Assembly: GCA_963806225.1 (NCBI GenBank)
Contig: CAWDXG010000001.1
Span: 352,001 to 416,000 of the forward strand
Origin: an uncultured delta proteobacterium
GTDB taxonomy: Bacteria > Myxococcota_A > Polyangia > Polyangiales > Polyangiaceae
Reading direction: 5' to 3'
Length of the DNA stretch: 64,000 bases
The notes under the pieces: generated by a model
Databases searched by the model: none
Told to the model about the DNA's origin: nothing
The model's input: only the letters and a program-made list of their open reading frames with translations
Shown here: positions 42,098 to 52,769 of the stretch, piece by piece
How the letters are laid out: every line of letters starts with the position of its first letter
Position numbering within the stretch: position 1 is the stretch's first letter
Position numbers and translations under genes: made by a program

Positions 42098-45000
42098 ATG
42101 GCATTTCCGCGATCAGCTCTGCTTTCCGCGCTGCTGCTGGCGCTCTCCGGCTGCAGCGGAGACGGCCATGTGGGCAGAAACGCCGACACCGCCCAGACGC
42201 ACGCCGCGCTCGTGAGCCAACTCGAGCGCGATCTCGAGCCGCGCTTCGGCGCGCGGCTCGACGCGCCCGGCGTGCACGCGTTCCTCTCGCACTTCGCCGA
42301 AGGATTGCTCGCCGATCCCACGGCGAAGGCGGCGATCCTCGCGCGCGGTTTCGGTTCGCCCCATCCTCCAATGCACGCGATGGGGCTCACGGCGGGAAGC
42401 TTCGTGCGCGACGTGGCCTTCGGCGAGTCCGCGCCGTGGTTCCACTTCGCAGTGACGCCTGGTGATAGCTACCGGATCTCGACGGACCAGTTGTCCGCGA
42501 GCTGCACGGCGATCGGCCTGTCTACCGCCGACCAGGCCGACTGCCAGCAGGCTGTCGACGCGGGTGGCCCCGACACCGTCGTGCACGTCTTCGCGCCGGA
42601 TCCCGCCAAGCCCGGGCTGGGCACCGAGATCGCCGTCAACGACGACTGCAGCTCCGCACCGGTGGGCTTTCCCCACGCTTCCTGCGCGAGCTTCTCCGCC
42701 GGCGTGTCCAGCACCATCGCGGTCGCCGTGCACACCGGTCCGCTCTTCGACGGGCTGCCGCGCACCAGTGGACGGCTACTGTTGCATGACGCGACGACCG
42801 GCACCGATCAAAGCGCGAACTTCGAGATGGCGGGCAATCTGATGATCGATCTGTCCGCGATGCCGTCGGGCAGCCACTACGATCTGGACACCGCGCTGTT
42901 GCTCGATCCCGGCAACAAGGCGAACGACGGCCTCGGGGCGGACGCTACCGAGATCTGGCTCATGGACAGCGGCATGCACGTCGTGGGCGGCGACGCGGCC
43001 GAGCGCGGCGCGGGCGCGGCGGCGCGCGTGGTCCACGCGGAAAGCGCGGGCGCGGCGTGGGCGATGGTGCGGCCGTGGTCGTTCTGGAAGGCGAGCGACG
43101 TGCTCGAGCCGCTCGTGCCGGCCGCGCTTTCGCCGCGCGCCGACGGGACGAAGGCGCGCGACGTGGGCCCCGGTCGCTACCGCGCGGCGCTGGACGACTG
43201 GTACGACGAGGACAGCGACCACGACGGGCTCTCCGATGCGATCGAATCCGAGCTCGGACTCTGTGACGGCCTGGTTGCGTCCGTGCCGTCGAGCTCGCCC
43301 GGCGTGGGCTTTCCCTGTTCCACCTGGAGCGAGGTCGTCGCCGGCACGAATACGAACGATCCGCGCGACACCGACGGCGACGGCCTCAGCGACTACGCGG
43401 AAGTCCTCGGCTCCGACCGCGGCGGCAGCTCCAGCGACGCAGACCAGACATTCCCGCTCTGGGGCGCGGATCCGCGTCACAAGGATCTGTTCGTCGAGGT
43501 CGATAGCTTCGCGAAAAGCTGCCCGGATGCGGGCGATCCCAGCCGCGGTGTGCTGCGCCCGGCGCTCCCGACCGACACGTCCCGCCTTGGTCTGCGCGCG
43601 CCGGACGATCTGTTCCGCTTCGCCGAGATCTTCGACGGTATCCGGGCGGACGCGGCCGGGAACCCGGACGGCCGTGCGGGCATTGCTGTGCACTTCGACG
43701 CGGCGCTCGAAGACCGCGGTGCGGGCTGCTCTACCCCGCCGTGCTACCAGCGGCACCGGAGCCGCCCCGGGCAGTCCTACTACGTCCGCGACTTCAGTCC
43801 GGTCTCGACCGACGGCAGCTACCCGGCGAGGTCGGGCCTCGTCATCTACGATCCGGACGGCAGCGGCAGCGCCTGCTCCGACACGCCGGCGCAGACTGCG
43901 CTGTCGAACGCGCACAAGGGTGCGTTCGCGCACTATGCGCTCAAAGCGTACTCGGCGCGGGAAGGCAACAGCGCCTTTGCCAGCCTGGCAGGTTGGGCCG
44001 GTCTCGACGGCGGGACGTTCGCGCACGAGATGGGGCACTTCCTCGGGCTCGACCACGGCGGGCCCGGTGGCGCGAGCCCGTTTGCTGCGCCTGTTGGCGA
44101 TCGCTCCAGCGTGACCAAGATCAACCAGTTTTCGGTAATGAACTACGTCTACCAGGGCGGCGGCAACGTGGATGTCGGGTTCTCGTCGGGCGAACGCGCG
44201 CTGTACCCGCTGCCGCGGCCGGGCAGCCTCGACTATCCGGAGCAGAAGCCGTTCGGGCCGCTCTCTGCCGACTTCCTCGCGGCCGACTCGCTGGGAGCCG
44301 GTTCATGGGGCTTCTTGGTTTCCCCGGCCGGCGTCGACTTCGATTTCGACGGGAGCGTGGGAGCTTCGCTGGTCGGGCCGGTCGAAGCGGGCGGTCGCGC
44401 CGGCGGCAGCTACTACGGCCACGAGACCCGCCTCGCCTACGAGCCACGGAACGTCTACTACATCGACGCCGCTTCCGGCACGCAGCTCTTGCATTCGACC
44501 TACCAGGCGGGTGCACCCGCCGCGACCGTGGCGGCAGGCGCGGTCCAGATCGTGTACGTCGCCAATCACGACGATCCACAGTCGCCCGGCTACAGTGGGC
44601 TCGGCGCGCTCTCCGTGCTCCGCGTCCGCAGCATCGGGCCGTCGGCGGCTGCTCCGTGCGACGGGCGCTTCTCGAGCTGTGCAACGTTCGACCCGGCCTC
44701 GGACGAGGCTCCGCTCGTGATCGACTCCGTGGCGACCGACTCCATCGGCGAGCTGACGCAATCGATGACGACGCTTCCCGACGGTTCAGTGGTGTACGCC
44801 TTCGCCGCCAGCGGGCTTGCCGTGGGCGATACCGCGCCGCCCGCCTGGGGTCCGATCCACGTTGCCTATCGCGCCGACGGCGACCTCGCGCAGCCGCTTT
44901 CGTCGCTCGGAACGCTGGCCTCCGCGGCGCATCCAGCGTTCAGCCAGGTCGCGGTGGGAGCCGACGCCGACGGCGCACTCGTGGTCGGTGTGGATGCGGC

Positions 45001-45982
45001 GTCGCACGCACTTCTGGCCAGCCGCTGCACGAAAGCCGGCTGCGATCCGCTGTCCGTGCCGGACGGTCTGGAGGGTGTCGCGACCCGCGGCGGCATCGCG
45101 CTGGCGGCGCACCCCGTGGCGGGCGGGCAGGAGCTGGTGCTTGCGGTGGCCTCGCCGCTACGCATCTACCGTCAACGTCCCGGCACGGCTCTGTTCTCCC
45201 CGGTCGCGGTGAGCGGCGCGCCCGAGCTCTTCCACGATAGCGCGCTGTCGCTGTCATTCGAGAAGGACGGCACGCTGCTCATGACCTACGAGCGCAATGG
45301 CTACGCCGGCGCCGCCGTGAGCGGTATCGCGGAGACCTATCCCGGTAGCTTCGACTTCATCCCCCAGTGGAAGGACTACTTCCACAACGTTTGGGCCGCG
45401 ACGCGCCCCTACCAGCGGAGCGGCGATCGCCCCGGCGCCATCCCCGCGCTCGTTCGAGGCGATCCGGCCCAGACCACCAGACTGGCTGGCCGTGTCCGCG
45501 CCGTCTACCCCACCAAGAACTCGATCATCTTCCTGACCAACGCCGACGGCATCCCCGACGCCGCGCAGTACGAATACGACGAACAGACCACGATCGCCTG
45601 GGGCGTGTGCGCTGCGGGGCAGGTGGCTGCCAAGTCCCAGGGGGTCACGCTGGCGCCGGACATCTTCGCCCGCAGCCAGTACCAGGGCGATCCGGAGCTT
45701 GACTGTCCGGGCGGCCTCTTCTGGGGCGCCGCAGCGCTCGCGGTCGACCCGCTCGTGTACTACCTGTCGAGGCTGGAGGCGGGGAGCGACCCGCGCGACG
45801 TGGCCCGCGCACTGGCTCCGATCGTGGAAAATCCGAGCCTGGTCCGGACCCGGCTGCCGGCGCAGAAGCAGGCTCCGCCGCCCGTGCTACGCGGAGCGCC
45901 GTGCAGTGCGGTCGGCGGAACCCTGGACCTGCCCCCGCCCCCGGATGCGTGGGCCTTCCGCGGCGCGCCGGCGGGCGGATGA
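42098..45982 (+). CDS. Large lipoprotein zinc metallopeptidase (metzincin-like) with Ca-binding repeats
   Basis: Lipobox LSGC; DxDxDGLSD repeats; HEMGHFLGLDH and SVMNY Met-turn. Confidence 0.8.
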   Translation: MAFPRSALLSALLLALSGCSGDGHVGRNADTAQTHAALVSQLERDLEPRFGARLDAPGVHAFLSHFAEGLLADPTAKAAILARGFGSPHPPMHAMGLTAGSFVRDVAFGESAPWFHFAVTPGDSYRISTDQLSASCTAIGLSTADQADCQQAVDAGGPDTVVHVFAPDPAKPGLGTEIAVNDDCSSAPVGFPHASCASFSAGVSSTIAVAVHTGPLFDGLPRTSGRLLLHDATTGTDQSANFEMAGNLMIDLSAMPSGSHYDLDTALLLDPGNKANDGLGADATEIWLMDSGMHVVGGDAAERGAGAAARVVHAESAGAAWAMVRPWSFWKASDVLEPLVPAALSPRADGTKARDVGPGRYRAALDDWYDEDSDHDGLSDAIESELGLCDGLVASVPSSSPGVGFPCSTWSEVVAGTNTNDPRDTDGDGLSDYAEVLGSDRGGSSSDADQTFPLWGADPRHKDLFVEVDSFAKSCPDAGDPSRGVLRPALPTDTSRLGLRAPDDLFRFAEIFDGIRADAAGNPDGRAGIAVHFDAALEDRGAGCSTPPCYQRHRSRPGQSYYVRDFSPVSTDGSYPARSGLVIYDPDGSGSACSDTPAQTALSNAHKGAFAHYALKAYSAREGNSAFASLAGWAGLDGGTFAHEMGHFLGLDHGGPGGASPFAAPVGDRSSVTKINQFSVMNYVYQGGGNVDVGFSSGERALYPLPRPGSLDYPEQKPFGPLSADFLAADSLGAGSWGFLVSPAGVDFDFDGSVGASLVGPVEAGGRAGGSYYGHETRLAYEPRNVYYIDAASGTQLLHSTYQAGAPAATVAAGAVQIVYVANHDDPQSPGYSGLGALSVLRVRSIGPSAAAPCDGRFSSCATFDPASDEAPLVIDSVATDSIGELTQSMTTLPDGSVVYAFAASGLAVGDTAPPAWGPIHVAYRADGDLAQPLSSLGTLASAAHPAFSQVAVGADADGALVVGVDAASHALLASRCTKAGCDPLSVPDGLEGVATRGGIALAAHPVAGGQELVLAVASPLRIYRQRPGTALFSPVAVSGAPELFHDSALSLSFEKDGTLLMTYERNGYAGAAVSGIAETYPGSFDFIPQWKDYFHNVWAATRPYQRSGDRPGAIPALVRGDPAQTTRLAGRVRAVYPTKNSIIFLTNADGIPDAAQYEYDEQTTIAWGVCAAGQVAAKSQGVTLAPDIFARSQYQGDPELDCPGGLFWGAAALAVDPLVYYLSRLEAGSDPRDVARALAPIVENPSLVRTRLPAQKQAPPPVLRGAPCSAVGGTLDLPPPPDAWAFRGAPAGG

Positions 45983-47082
45983 GGACGCTTGCTCCGCTCG
46001 TGGTGGCCTGCGCGGCCGCGTTGCTGCTCGCGGCGTGCGGGCGCGACGAGGCATTCGGCGCCGCGGACGCGGGAGCCGACGCCGTGCCGCCGGATGCCGC
46101 AGCCGGCGACACGAGCGCGGGCGGCGCGTCGGGATGCTCGAGCGCCGGTTGCGGGTGCGACGTTCCCGACGCTGCGCCGCCGACCCCCCCGAGCTGCCAG
46201 GGCGATGACGCCGGCGCGCTCGCGAGCTGCGGTCCCGCGCAGGACGAGGACTGCTGTGCGAGCCCGCTTCTGCCGTGCGGCAGCTTCCGGCGCTTCTGGG
46301 ACGGCGTCACGCACCTGGACGACAAGCATCCCGCGTCGCTGAGCACGTTTCGGCTCGACAGGTTCGAGGTCAGCGTCGCGCGCTTCCGCGCTTTCGTCGA
46401 GGCGGGCGGAGGGACAGAGGTCGCGCCGCCGACGGCTGGAACGGGTGGCGAGCCGCAGCTCCCTTCGAGCGGCTGGCAGCCGGCGTGGGACGCGAAGCTA
46501 CCCGCCGACCGCGCCGCGCTGGAGGCGGCGCTCGATTGCGGCCCGCGAGCGAGCTGGACGCCGGCGCCGGCAGGCAACGAACAGCGCCCGATCTCGTGCG
46601 TGAGCTGGTACGAAGCCTTCGCCTTCTGCGCGTGGGACGGCGGCTGGCTGCCGACGGAAGCCCAGTGGCACTACGCCGCATCGGGGGGCGGCTACGAGTA
46701 TTCGTCGGGGGCGCCGGGCCCGGTCGACGGGCAGCGCGTCTTCCCGTGGTCACATCCGCCCACCTCGCAGGAGATCGACTCGAGCTATGCAGCCATCGAC
46801 GGCGCCGCGATGCTGTCGCCCGTCGGCGCCTACTCGCCGAAGGGTGATGCGCGTTGGGGGCAGGCGGACATGGTGGGCAACGTCCTCGAATGGGTGCTCG
46901 ACTGGTGGCCCAGCGGCGTTACACCTTGTCTGGACTGCGCGGAGCTGGACCGGACGCCGAGCGCCAAGCGCATCGCACGCGGAGGCAGCCTGGACGGCTT
47001 CCTTTTCAACGTGGAAAACGAGGGCGTCGATCCGGAGCGAAGGCTCGCCACGTCCGGGATCCGTTGCGCCCGGGCTCCCTGA
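45979..47082 (+). CDS. Formylglycine-generating enzyme (SUMF1/EgtB-like, CLec fold) domain lipoprotein
   Basis: LDRFEVS, VSWYEAFAFC, LPTEAQW, DMVGNVLEW, RGGS, GIRCAR; ATGA overlap with the upstream gene. Confidence 0.9.
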   Translation: MRTLAPLVVACAAALLLAACGRDEAFGAADAGADAVPPDAAAGDTSAGGASGCSSAGCGCDVPDAAPPTPPSCQGDDAGALASCGPAQDEDCCASPLLPCGSFRRFWDGVTHLDDKHPASLSTFRLDRFEVSVARFRAFVEAGGGTEVAPPTAGTGGEPQLPSSGWQPAWDAKLPADRAALEAALDCGPRASWTPAPAGNEQRPISCVSWYEAFAFCAWDGGWLPTEAQWHYAASGGGYEYSSGAPGPVDGQRVFPWSHPPTSQEIDSSYAAIDGAAMLSPVGAYSPKGDARWGQADMVGNVLEWVLDWWPSGVTPCLDCAELDRTPSAKRIARGGSLDGFLFNVENEGVDPERRLATSGIRCARAP

Positions 47083-47128
47083 GGGTCCCTCGACGACTGC
47101 CGGGCGATGATGTAGAAGCGCTTCTCGC

Positions 47129-47941
47129 ATGGGTCCGGGCATCGGTGAAGTGGCGCTTCTTGGCGCGCTCCAGGGGGTGTCGGAGTTCCTGCCGATCTCG
47201 AGCTCGGGTCACCTGGCGCTCGCAGAGCTCCTGTTCGATGTCACGTCCGCCGGGCTGGTCCTGAACACCATGCTCCACGTCGGGACGCTGCTCGCCACCC
47301 TCGTCGTCCTCAGGCAGCGCGTCGGGCTGGCTGTTTCCGGGGGAGCCAGGGGCCTGGTCCATCCGTCGCAGTTCCGCTCGACCGCCGGTGGTCGTGACGC
47401 GCTGGTCGTCCTCGTCGCATCGTTGCCGACGGCGCTCATCGGCCTTGGTCTCGAGCACACGGTGGCGCGCTGGACAACCTCGCCGCTCGCCGTGGGGCTC
47501 GGGTTCGTGGCTACCGCTGCGATTCTGGTCTCCACGCGTTGGGTCCGGACGGGCAAGCACGAGGTCCCCACGCTCGCGGGAGCCCTCCTCATCGGCGTCG
47601 TGCAGGGCCTGGCTGTCGTGCCGGGCATATCGCGCAGCGGCTCGACCATCGCGATGGCGCTCTGGCTCGGCGTCCGACCAGATCGCGCGTTCGAGCTCAG
47701 CATGCTGCTCTCCGTTCCGGCTGTGCTCGGAGCCGCGTTGCTCGAGGCGCGGCACATCCACCCCGGCGCTGATCCGGTCTTTGTCGCCGTCTGCGGCGCG
47801 GCTGTGGCTTTTGCCTTCGGAGTGGTCGCGCTGCTGGTGCTCAGGCGGGTGGTCGTGCGCGGGCACTTCTCGCTGTTCGCGCTGTGGGTGCTGCCGGTCG
47901 CGATCGCCACGTTGGCGATGGCCAAGGCCTGGCCGGCCTGA
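47129..47941 (+). CDS. uppP: Undecaprenyl-diphosphate phosphatase
   Basis: QGVSEFLPISSSGH, PGISRSGST. Confidence 0.93.
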   Translation: MGPGIGEVALLGALQGVSEFLPISSSGHLALAELLFDVTSAGLVLNTMLHVGTLLATLVVLRQRVGLAVSGGARGLVHPSQFRSTAGGRDALVVLVASLPTALIGLGLEHTVARWTTSPLAVGLGFVATAAILVSTRWVRTGKHEVPTLAGALLIGVVQGLAVVPGISRSGSTIAMALWLGVRPDRAFELSMLLSVPAVLGAALLEARHIHPGADPVFVAVCGAAVAFAFGVVALLVLRRVVVRGHFSLFALWVLPVAIATLAMAKAWPA

Positions 47942-48013
47942 GCCCCGGTCGGAGCGGAGCGGGGGCTAGGGGGCTGCTTCCGCCCTTGCTTTTGGCCGCC
48001 GAGCGCGTGTTCA

Positions 48014-49114
48014 ATGGCGCCGATGCTGGATGTGTACGCGGTCATTCTCGCGGGGGGGAGTGGCACTCGCTTCTGGCCGGCGTCGCGCCGCCTGAACCCG
48101 AAGCAACTTCTTCCCATCGGGCCCGACTCCGACCAGAGCCTGATCGCTGCGACGGTGCGGCGCATCGAGCCGTTGTGCCCCGCCGAGCGCACACTGGTCG
48201 CGACGGGCGCGCACCTGCTCGAAGCGACGCGGCGGGCGCTGCCGTGGCTGCCGGACAGCTCGTTCCTCGGCGAGCCGGTGGCGCGCAACACGGCGCCCTG
48301 CATCGGCTGGGCCACAGCTGTGGCCCGGCGGCGCAGCCCCGATGCGATCGTCATGGTGCTCCCGAGCGACCACCACATCGGCGACGAGCCGGCGTTCCGC
48401 GCTGCGCTCGAGCGCGCGCTCGTGTCCGCCGAGGCTGGCGCGATTACCACCATCGGCATCGAGCCGACGCGCCCGGAGACGGGTTTCGGGTACATCGAAG
48501 CCGGCGACAGCGTGGGCGACGGCGTGCGTCGCGTGGTGCGCTTCGTGGAAAAGCCCGATCGGCAGCGCGCCGAGGAGTACCTGGAGAGCGGTCGCTACTT
48601 CTGGAACAGCGGCATGTTCTTCTTCCGCGCGTCGACCATGCTGGAAGCTATTGCGCGGCACATGCCCGGGTTGTCTGCGGGGATCGCGCGCATCGAGGCA
48701 GCGTCAGCGCGGGGTGCCGACGCGGAGGAGGCCGAGACGCACGCAGTGTTCGAGGCCGCCGAGGCGACCAGCATCGACTACGGAATCATGGAGAAGGAGT
48801 CCGGCCTGAACGTGGTGCCGGCCAGCTTCGGCTGGAGCGACCTGGGCAGCTGGCAGAGCGCGTGGGAGCTGTCGGACAAGGATGCCGACGGCAATGCGGC
48901 GCCTGCGAACGCGGTGCTGGAGGATGCGCGGGGCAACCTGGTCCGGGATCTGGGAACCCACGCCAGGAATCGCGTGGTGGCGCTGGTGGGCGTACAGGAT
49001 CTATGCGTGATCGAGACCGACGACGCGCTGCTCGTGATCCCGCGCGAGCGGGCGCAGGATGTGCGGAACGTGGTGCAGGCGCTCCAGCAGCGCGGGAAGA
49101 CGGACAAGCTGTGA
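48014..49114 (+). CDS. manC: Mannose-1-phosphate guanylyltransferase
   Basis: LAGGSGTRFWP, RNTAP, FVEKP, WNSGMF, SIDYG, WSDLGSW. Confidence 0.92.
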   Translation: MAPMLDVYAVILAGGSGTRFWPASRRLNPKQLLPIGPDSDQSLIAATVRRIEPLCPAERTLVATGAHLLEATRRALPWLPDSSFLGEPVARNTAPCIGWATAVARRRSPDAIVMVLPSDHHIGDEPAFRAALERALVSAEAGAITTIGIEPTRPETGFGYIEAGDSVGDGVRRVVRFVEKPDRQRAEEYLESGRYFWNSGMFFFRASTMLEAIARHMPGLSAGIARIEAASARGADAEEAETHAVFEAAEATSIDYGIMEKESGLNVVPASFGWSDLGSWQSAWELSDKDADGNAAPANAVLEDARGNLVRDLGTHARNRVVALVGVQDLCVIETDDALLVIPRERAQDVRNVVQALQQRGKTDKL

Positions 49115-49563
49115 ACCGGCCCTCGCTGCTCCGTGCGGCCTGGGTGCTTCCGCTTGCCATTGCGCTGGCACTGGGCGGCTCGGGCTGCGCGCGGCGCAAG
49201 CGCATCCTCGAGTGCAACCGCTTCATCGAAAAGGTGAACGGGTCGCTGGGCGAGATCAACAAGTACACGAATACCCCGGTCGACGACCCCAAGCTCGCCG
49301 GCAACATGCGTACCTTGTCGAAGTTGTTCGAGCAGCTTGCCAAGGACATCGACGCGATGCAGATCACGGCGCCGGAGCTCGCGCCGGAGACGAAGCGCTA
49401 CCGCGACATGTGCGAGCACAGCGCCACTGCAGCTCGTCATCTGGCCGACGCTGTCTCGAAGGACGACGTGAAGGAGGCCAAGGCGGCCGACAAGGAGTTC
49501 AAGAGCGTCGTGAAGGACGAGAGCGACCTCATCCGGAAGATCAACGCAGTCTGCAGCCGCTGA
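49111..49563 (+). CDS. Small helical lipoprotein
   Basis: GTG start overlaps the manC stop; lipobox GSGC; helical bundle with Cys near both ends. Confidence 0.7.
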   Translation: MNRPSLLRAAWVLPLAIALALGGSGCARRKRILECNRFIEKVNGSLGEINKYTNTPVDDPKLAGNMRTLSKLFEQLAKDIDAMQITAPELAPETKRYRDMCEHSATAARHLADAVSKDDVKEAKAADKEFKSVVKDESDLIRKINAVCSR

Positions 49564-49574
49564 AGCCGGGCGAG

Positions 49575-51278
49575 CTACGACAAGAGGCCCTGCTCCTCGA
49601 ACACCCGACGTAGGTACGAAAGCGGCATGTTGCCCGAGCCCATGTAGAGGGCGTGGAAGCGGCGGTCCAGTTCCAGCCCTTCCAGCTTGCCCGACTGGGC
49701 GCGCTCGAGGTCGCTCTTCAGGTCGCGGACCATGCGATTGCCGGCGAGGTAGCTCAGCGGGTAGCCGCGCTCCTGCGAGTACCAGTTGAGCTCGGCGCGA
49801 ACCCGCCCCGCCACGAAGCCCGTCACGGCCGTCAGCAGGTTTCCCGCTGCCTCGAACGGATCTTCCGGGGTGGTGTCGCAGTCGATGCCGACCTCGAGAT
49901 TTCCGCGCTCGCCGGTCATGAAGAACAGGTCGATCGCAACACGCGCGCCGATGCGGGCGATGTCGCGCTTGCCGATGAAGCGCGCCTCGTCCGTCAGCTC
50001 TCCCATGTACCCGATGTCGAGCATGTAGTCCTCGAGCATCGTGGTCCAGCCCTCGGCATGGTCCATGGCGTCGAAGTGGCGCCGTACCACGGAGGGATGC
50101 GTGGCTGCCGTGGCCAGCTGCAGATGATGCCCGGGGATCCCCTCGTGGATCATCATGCTGGGGATGCTGAGCTCGGTATGCTCGTCCAGCAGTTCCTCCG
50201 ACAGCGTGAGATACACCAGGCTCCGCTTGGTGCCGCCGCGGAAGGGTGCGGGCGAGACCATCGCGCCGGCGGGAATGGACGGTTCGAGGAAGCGGGGCGT
50301 CTGCAGGATGCGGATATCCTGATCTGCCAGCACGGGGAACAGCGACCGCTCGTGGATGAAAGCGAGGATCGTCTCGCGCTCGCGCTGGTAGCGATCCAGC
50401 ACGCTCGCAAGACGCCCGCCTTCGAGCTCGACCGCGAAGCGCTTGTTCAGGTAGCTCTCGAGCGCTTCGATCGAGATGTCCGCGGGCTGGCCGTAGCGTC
50501 TCGCGAGCCGGGCCCGGAGCGTCTCCAGGGTTTCGTAGGTTTCCGCCAGGAAGGACTTCGCGATGTCGTGGAGCTCCTCCAGCGACCTGTCGATGCCGCG
50601 CATCCGCACGATCTCGCGCGCGATAGCATCGCCGACGTGGAGATTTCGCGTGGTGGGCAGCTGCTTCAGCCGCTCCAGGTAGCTCTGGAGCGCCGACTCG
50701 GCGCGCTGGCGCGCGCTGACGAGCCGAGGCGCGTCTGGAAAGCCCTCCTCTTCCGCCCACTTTTCTGCCGTCGAGAACAGCTGCGTCAGCCCTTCCACTT
50801 TCTCAACGTCCATCTCCACCCAGCGCTCGAGCGGGGTGTCCAGCCGATCGAGCAGCGCCTCCACGTAGTCGGGCACCTGCTCCAGCCGCGTGGTGATGTC
50901 GCGCAGGCGCACGGCGGCGGGGCGCGGGTCGTTGATGAACAGCATGAACACGCCGTCGCCGATATCGTCGCCGGCGCTCGGCATCTGCGCTAGCCGGGTC
51001 CGGTCGTTGAAGCGGTAGCTGTCTTGGTGGACTTCGGCGTCGAGCATCAGCCGGGCCAGGTCGAGGTCCAGGCGTTCATCGAACGACAGACCGTCACGTG
51101 GCAGGCGAGCGAGCTCGCTCGCCAGCTCCCGGGCTTCGGTGAGCCGGAGGTCGATCTCGCGCGAGGATGGATCGGGTAGGGCGCCGAGATCCCGCTCGAC
51201 GCCGAGCACGACCCGCCGGTTCGGGTTGCGGATGAAATGCGCGTGGAAGCGCTCGACAAATGCCTCGTACGGTCGCAT
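49575..51278 (-). CDS. DUF885 family protein (metallopeptidase-like)
   Basis: HEGIPGHHLQ, EGW, YPLSYLAG. Confidence 0.88.
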   Translation of the reverse strand: MRPYEAFVERFHAHFIRNPNRRVVLGVERDLGALPDPSSREIDLRLTEARELASELARLPRDGLSFDERLDLDLARLMLDAEVHQDSYRFNDRTRLAQMPSAGDDIGDGVFMLFINDPRPAAVRLRDITTRLEQVPDYVEALLDRLDTPLERWVEMDVEKVEGLTQLFSTAEKWAEEEGFPDAPRLVSARQRAESALQSYLERLKQLPTTRNLHVGDAIAREIVRMRGIDRSLEELHDIAKSFLAETYETLETLRARLARRYGQPADISIEALESYLNKRFAVELEGGRLASVLDRYQRERETILAFIHERSLFPVLADQDIRILQTPRFLEPSIPAGAMVSPAPFRGGTKRSLVYLTLSEELLDEHTELSIPSMMIHEGIPGHHLQLATAATHPSVVRRHFDAMDHAEGWTTMLEDYMLDIGYMGELTDEARFIGKRDIARIGARVAIDLFFMTGERGNLEVGIDCDTTPEDPFEAAGNLLTAVTGFVAGRVRAELNWYSQERGYPLSYLAGNRMVRDLKSDLERAQSGKLEGLELDRRFHALYMGSGNMPLSYLRRVFEEQGLLS

Positions 51279-51359
51279 CGCGCGGGGAAGCCTAGCAGGC
51301 TATTGTTGGGCGCGGATGGTTGGCGGCGATTTCCCGGGTCGGCGCGCTGGAGGATTTTC

Positions 51360-52769
51360 ATGAGCGAGCTCCTCGAAATGACATTGATCGAGCTTTCGGA
51401 CGCTCTGCGAGAACGCTGGGCGTCGCCCGTCGAGCTGATGGAGGCGACACTCCAGCGCATCGAGGCGACCTCCGAACAGTTGAACGCGGTGGTGGCCCTG
51501 CGCGAGCGCTACGCTCTGGTCGCCGAGGCGAGCGAGGCCGAAAGGCGCCTGGCACGCGGCGAGGCGCGTCCGCTGGAGGGGATACCGCTGGGCGTCAAGG
51601 ATCTGGAGGACGCCGAAGGGCTCATCACGTCGCACGGCTCGATTCCGTTTTCGAACAACCGCGCGCTTCACGACTCGACCCAGGTCGCGCGGCTGCGCGC
51701 CGCCGGCGCGATCGTTGTCGGCAAGACCAACGCTCCCGAGTTCGGGTACACGGCGATCACGAAGAATCTGGTTCACGGGGTGACGCGTTCGCCCTGGGAT
51801 GCCGAGCGGACCCCAGGAGGTTCGAGCGGCGGATCGGCGGCGGCGCTGGCCGGCGAGGTGCTGCCGCTGGTCACTGCGAGCGACGGCGGCGGATCCATCC
51901 GCATCCCGGCGAGCTTCACGGGCGCCTTCGGGCTCAAGACTTCTTTCGGCCGGGTGCCACGTGGTCCTTTCGAGTTCTGGGACCACGGCATGACCGCTGT
52001 CTACGGCCCGCTCACCAAGACGGTGGAGGACGCTGCGCTGGTGCTGGACCAGGTAGTTGGCCACGACGAACGCGACCCCGCGAGCCTGCCGCACCCCGGG
52101 TTTTCCTATCTCGAGCGCGTGCGACAGCCGCTTCCGGATAGGCTCAAGATCGGCTACTCGCCCGACCTCGGCTTCGCGGTGGTGCAATCGGACATCGCCG
52201 AGGCCGTGGCGGACGCGGCGGCCGTGTTCGAGCAGTTGGGCCACGAGGTCCGCGGGATCAGGAGTGGACCGCCCGACCTCTCCGTCCAGTGGGGGATCCT
52301 GGGCGCCTTCGAGCTGTCGTCGCACGTTGCGTCGCTCCTGCCCGAACGCGAGAAGGACTTCAGCCGCAGCCTGGTGGAGGGCATGCGCATGGCCGCCGGT
52401 GTTACGCCGCAGTGGTGGGGCGAGATGGCCCGGGCGCGGGCCGAGCTCTGCGAGTGGTGCGCGCGGACCTTCGAGGACTACGACCTCCTGCTCACGCCGA
52501 CGGTGCCGTTCAATCCGCCGCCCGCCAAGGGTCCGTTCCCGGACGAGACGGAAGGGCGTCCGCAGCGCATGGCCGCTGTGGCGTCGTTCACCATCCCGTT
52601 CAATCTCGGCTGGAACCCGGCCGCCACGGTGCGCGCCGGCCTCTCCCGCGCCGGAATGCCAATCGGGCTGCAGATCGTCGGGCACCAGCAGCAGGACGAG
52701 CTGGTGCTGCAGGCGGCGCGCGCGTTCGAGCGCGAGCGCCCCTGGCACCCGCACTGGCCGTTGCGCTAG
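51360..52769 (+). CDS. Amidase (amidase-signature family)
   Basis: [26 protein letters not shown]. Confidence 0.93.
   Translation: MSELLEMTLIELSDALRERWASPVELMEATLQRIEATSEQLNAVVALRERYALVAEASEAERRLARGEARPLEGIPLGVKDLEDAEGLITSHGSIPFSNNRALHDSTQVARLRAAGAIVVGKTNAPEFGYTAITKNLVHGVTRSPWDAERTPGGSSGGSAAALAGEVLPLVTASDGGGSIRIPASFTGAFGLKTSFGRVPRGPFEFWDHGMTAVYGPLTKTVEDAALVLDQVVGHDERDPASLPHPGFSYLERVRQPLPDRLKIGYSPDLGFAVVQSDIAEAVADAAAVFEQLGHEVRGIRSGPPDLSVQWGILGAFELSSHVASLLPEREKDFSRSLVEGMRMAAGVTPQWWGEMARARAELCEWCARTFEDYDLLLTPTVPFNPPPAKGPFPDETEGRPQRMAAVASFTIPFNLGWNPAATVRAGLSRAGMPIGLQIVGHQQQDELVLQAARAFERERPWHPHWPLR

Noticed and set aside
45979..47082. Diversity-generating retroelement target (CLec fold)
   Set aside because: No reverse transcriptase, and no template-repeat copy of the 3' end was seen
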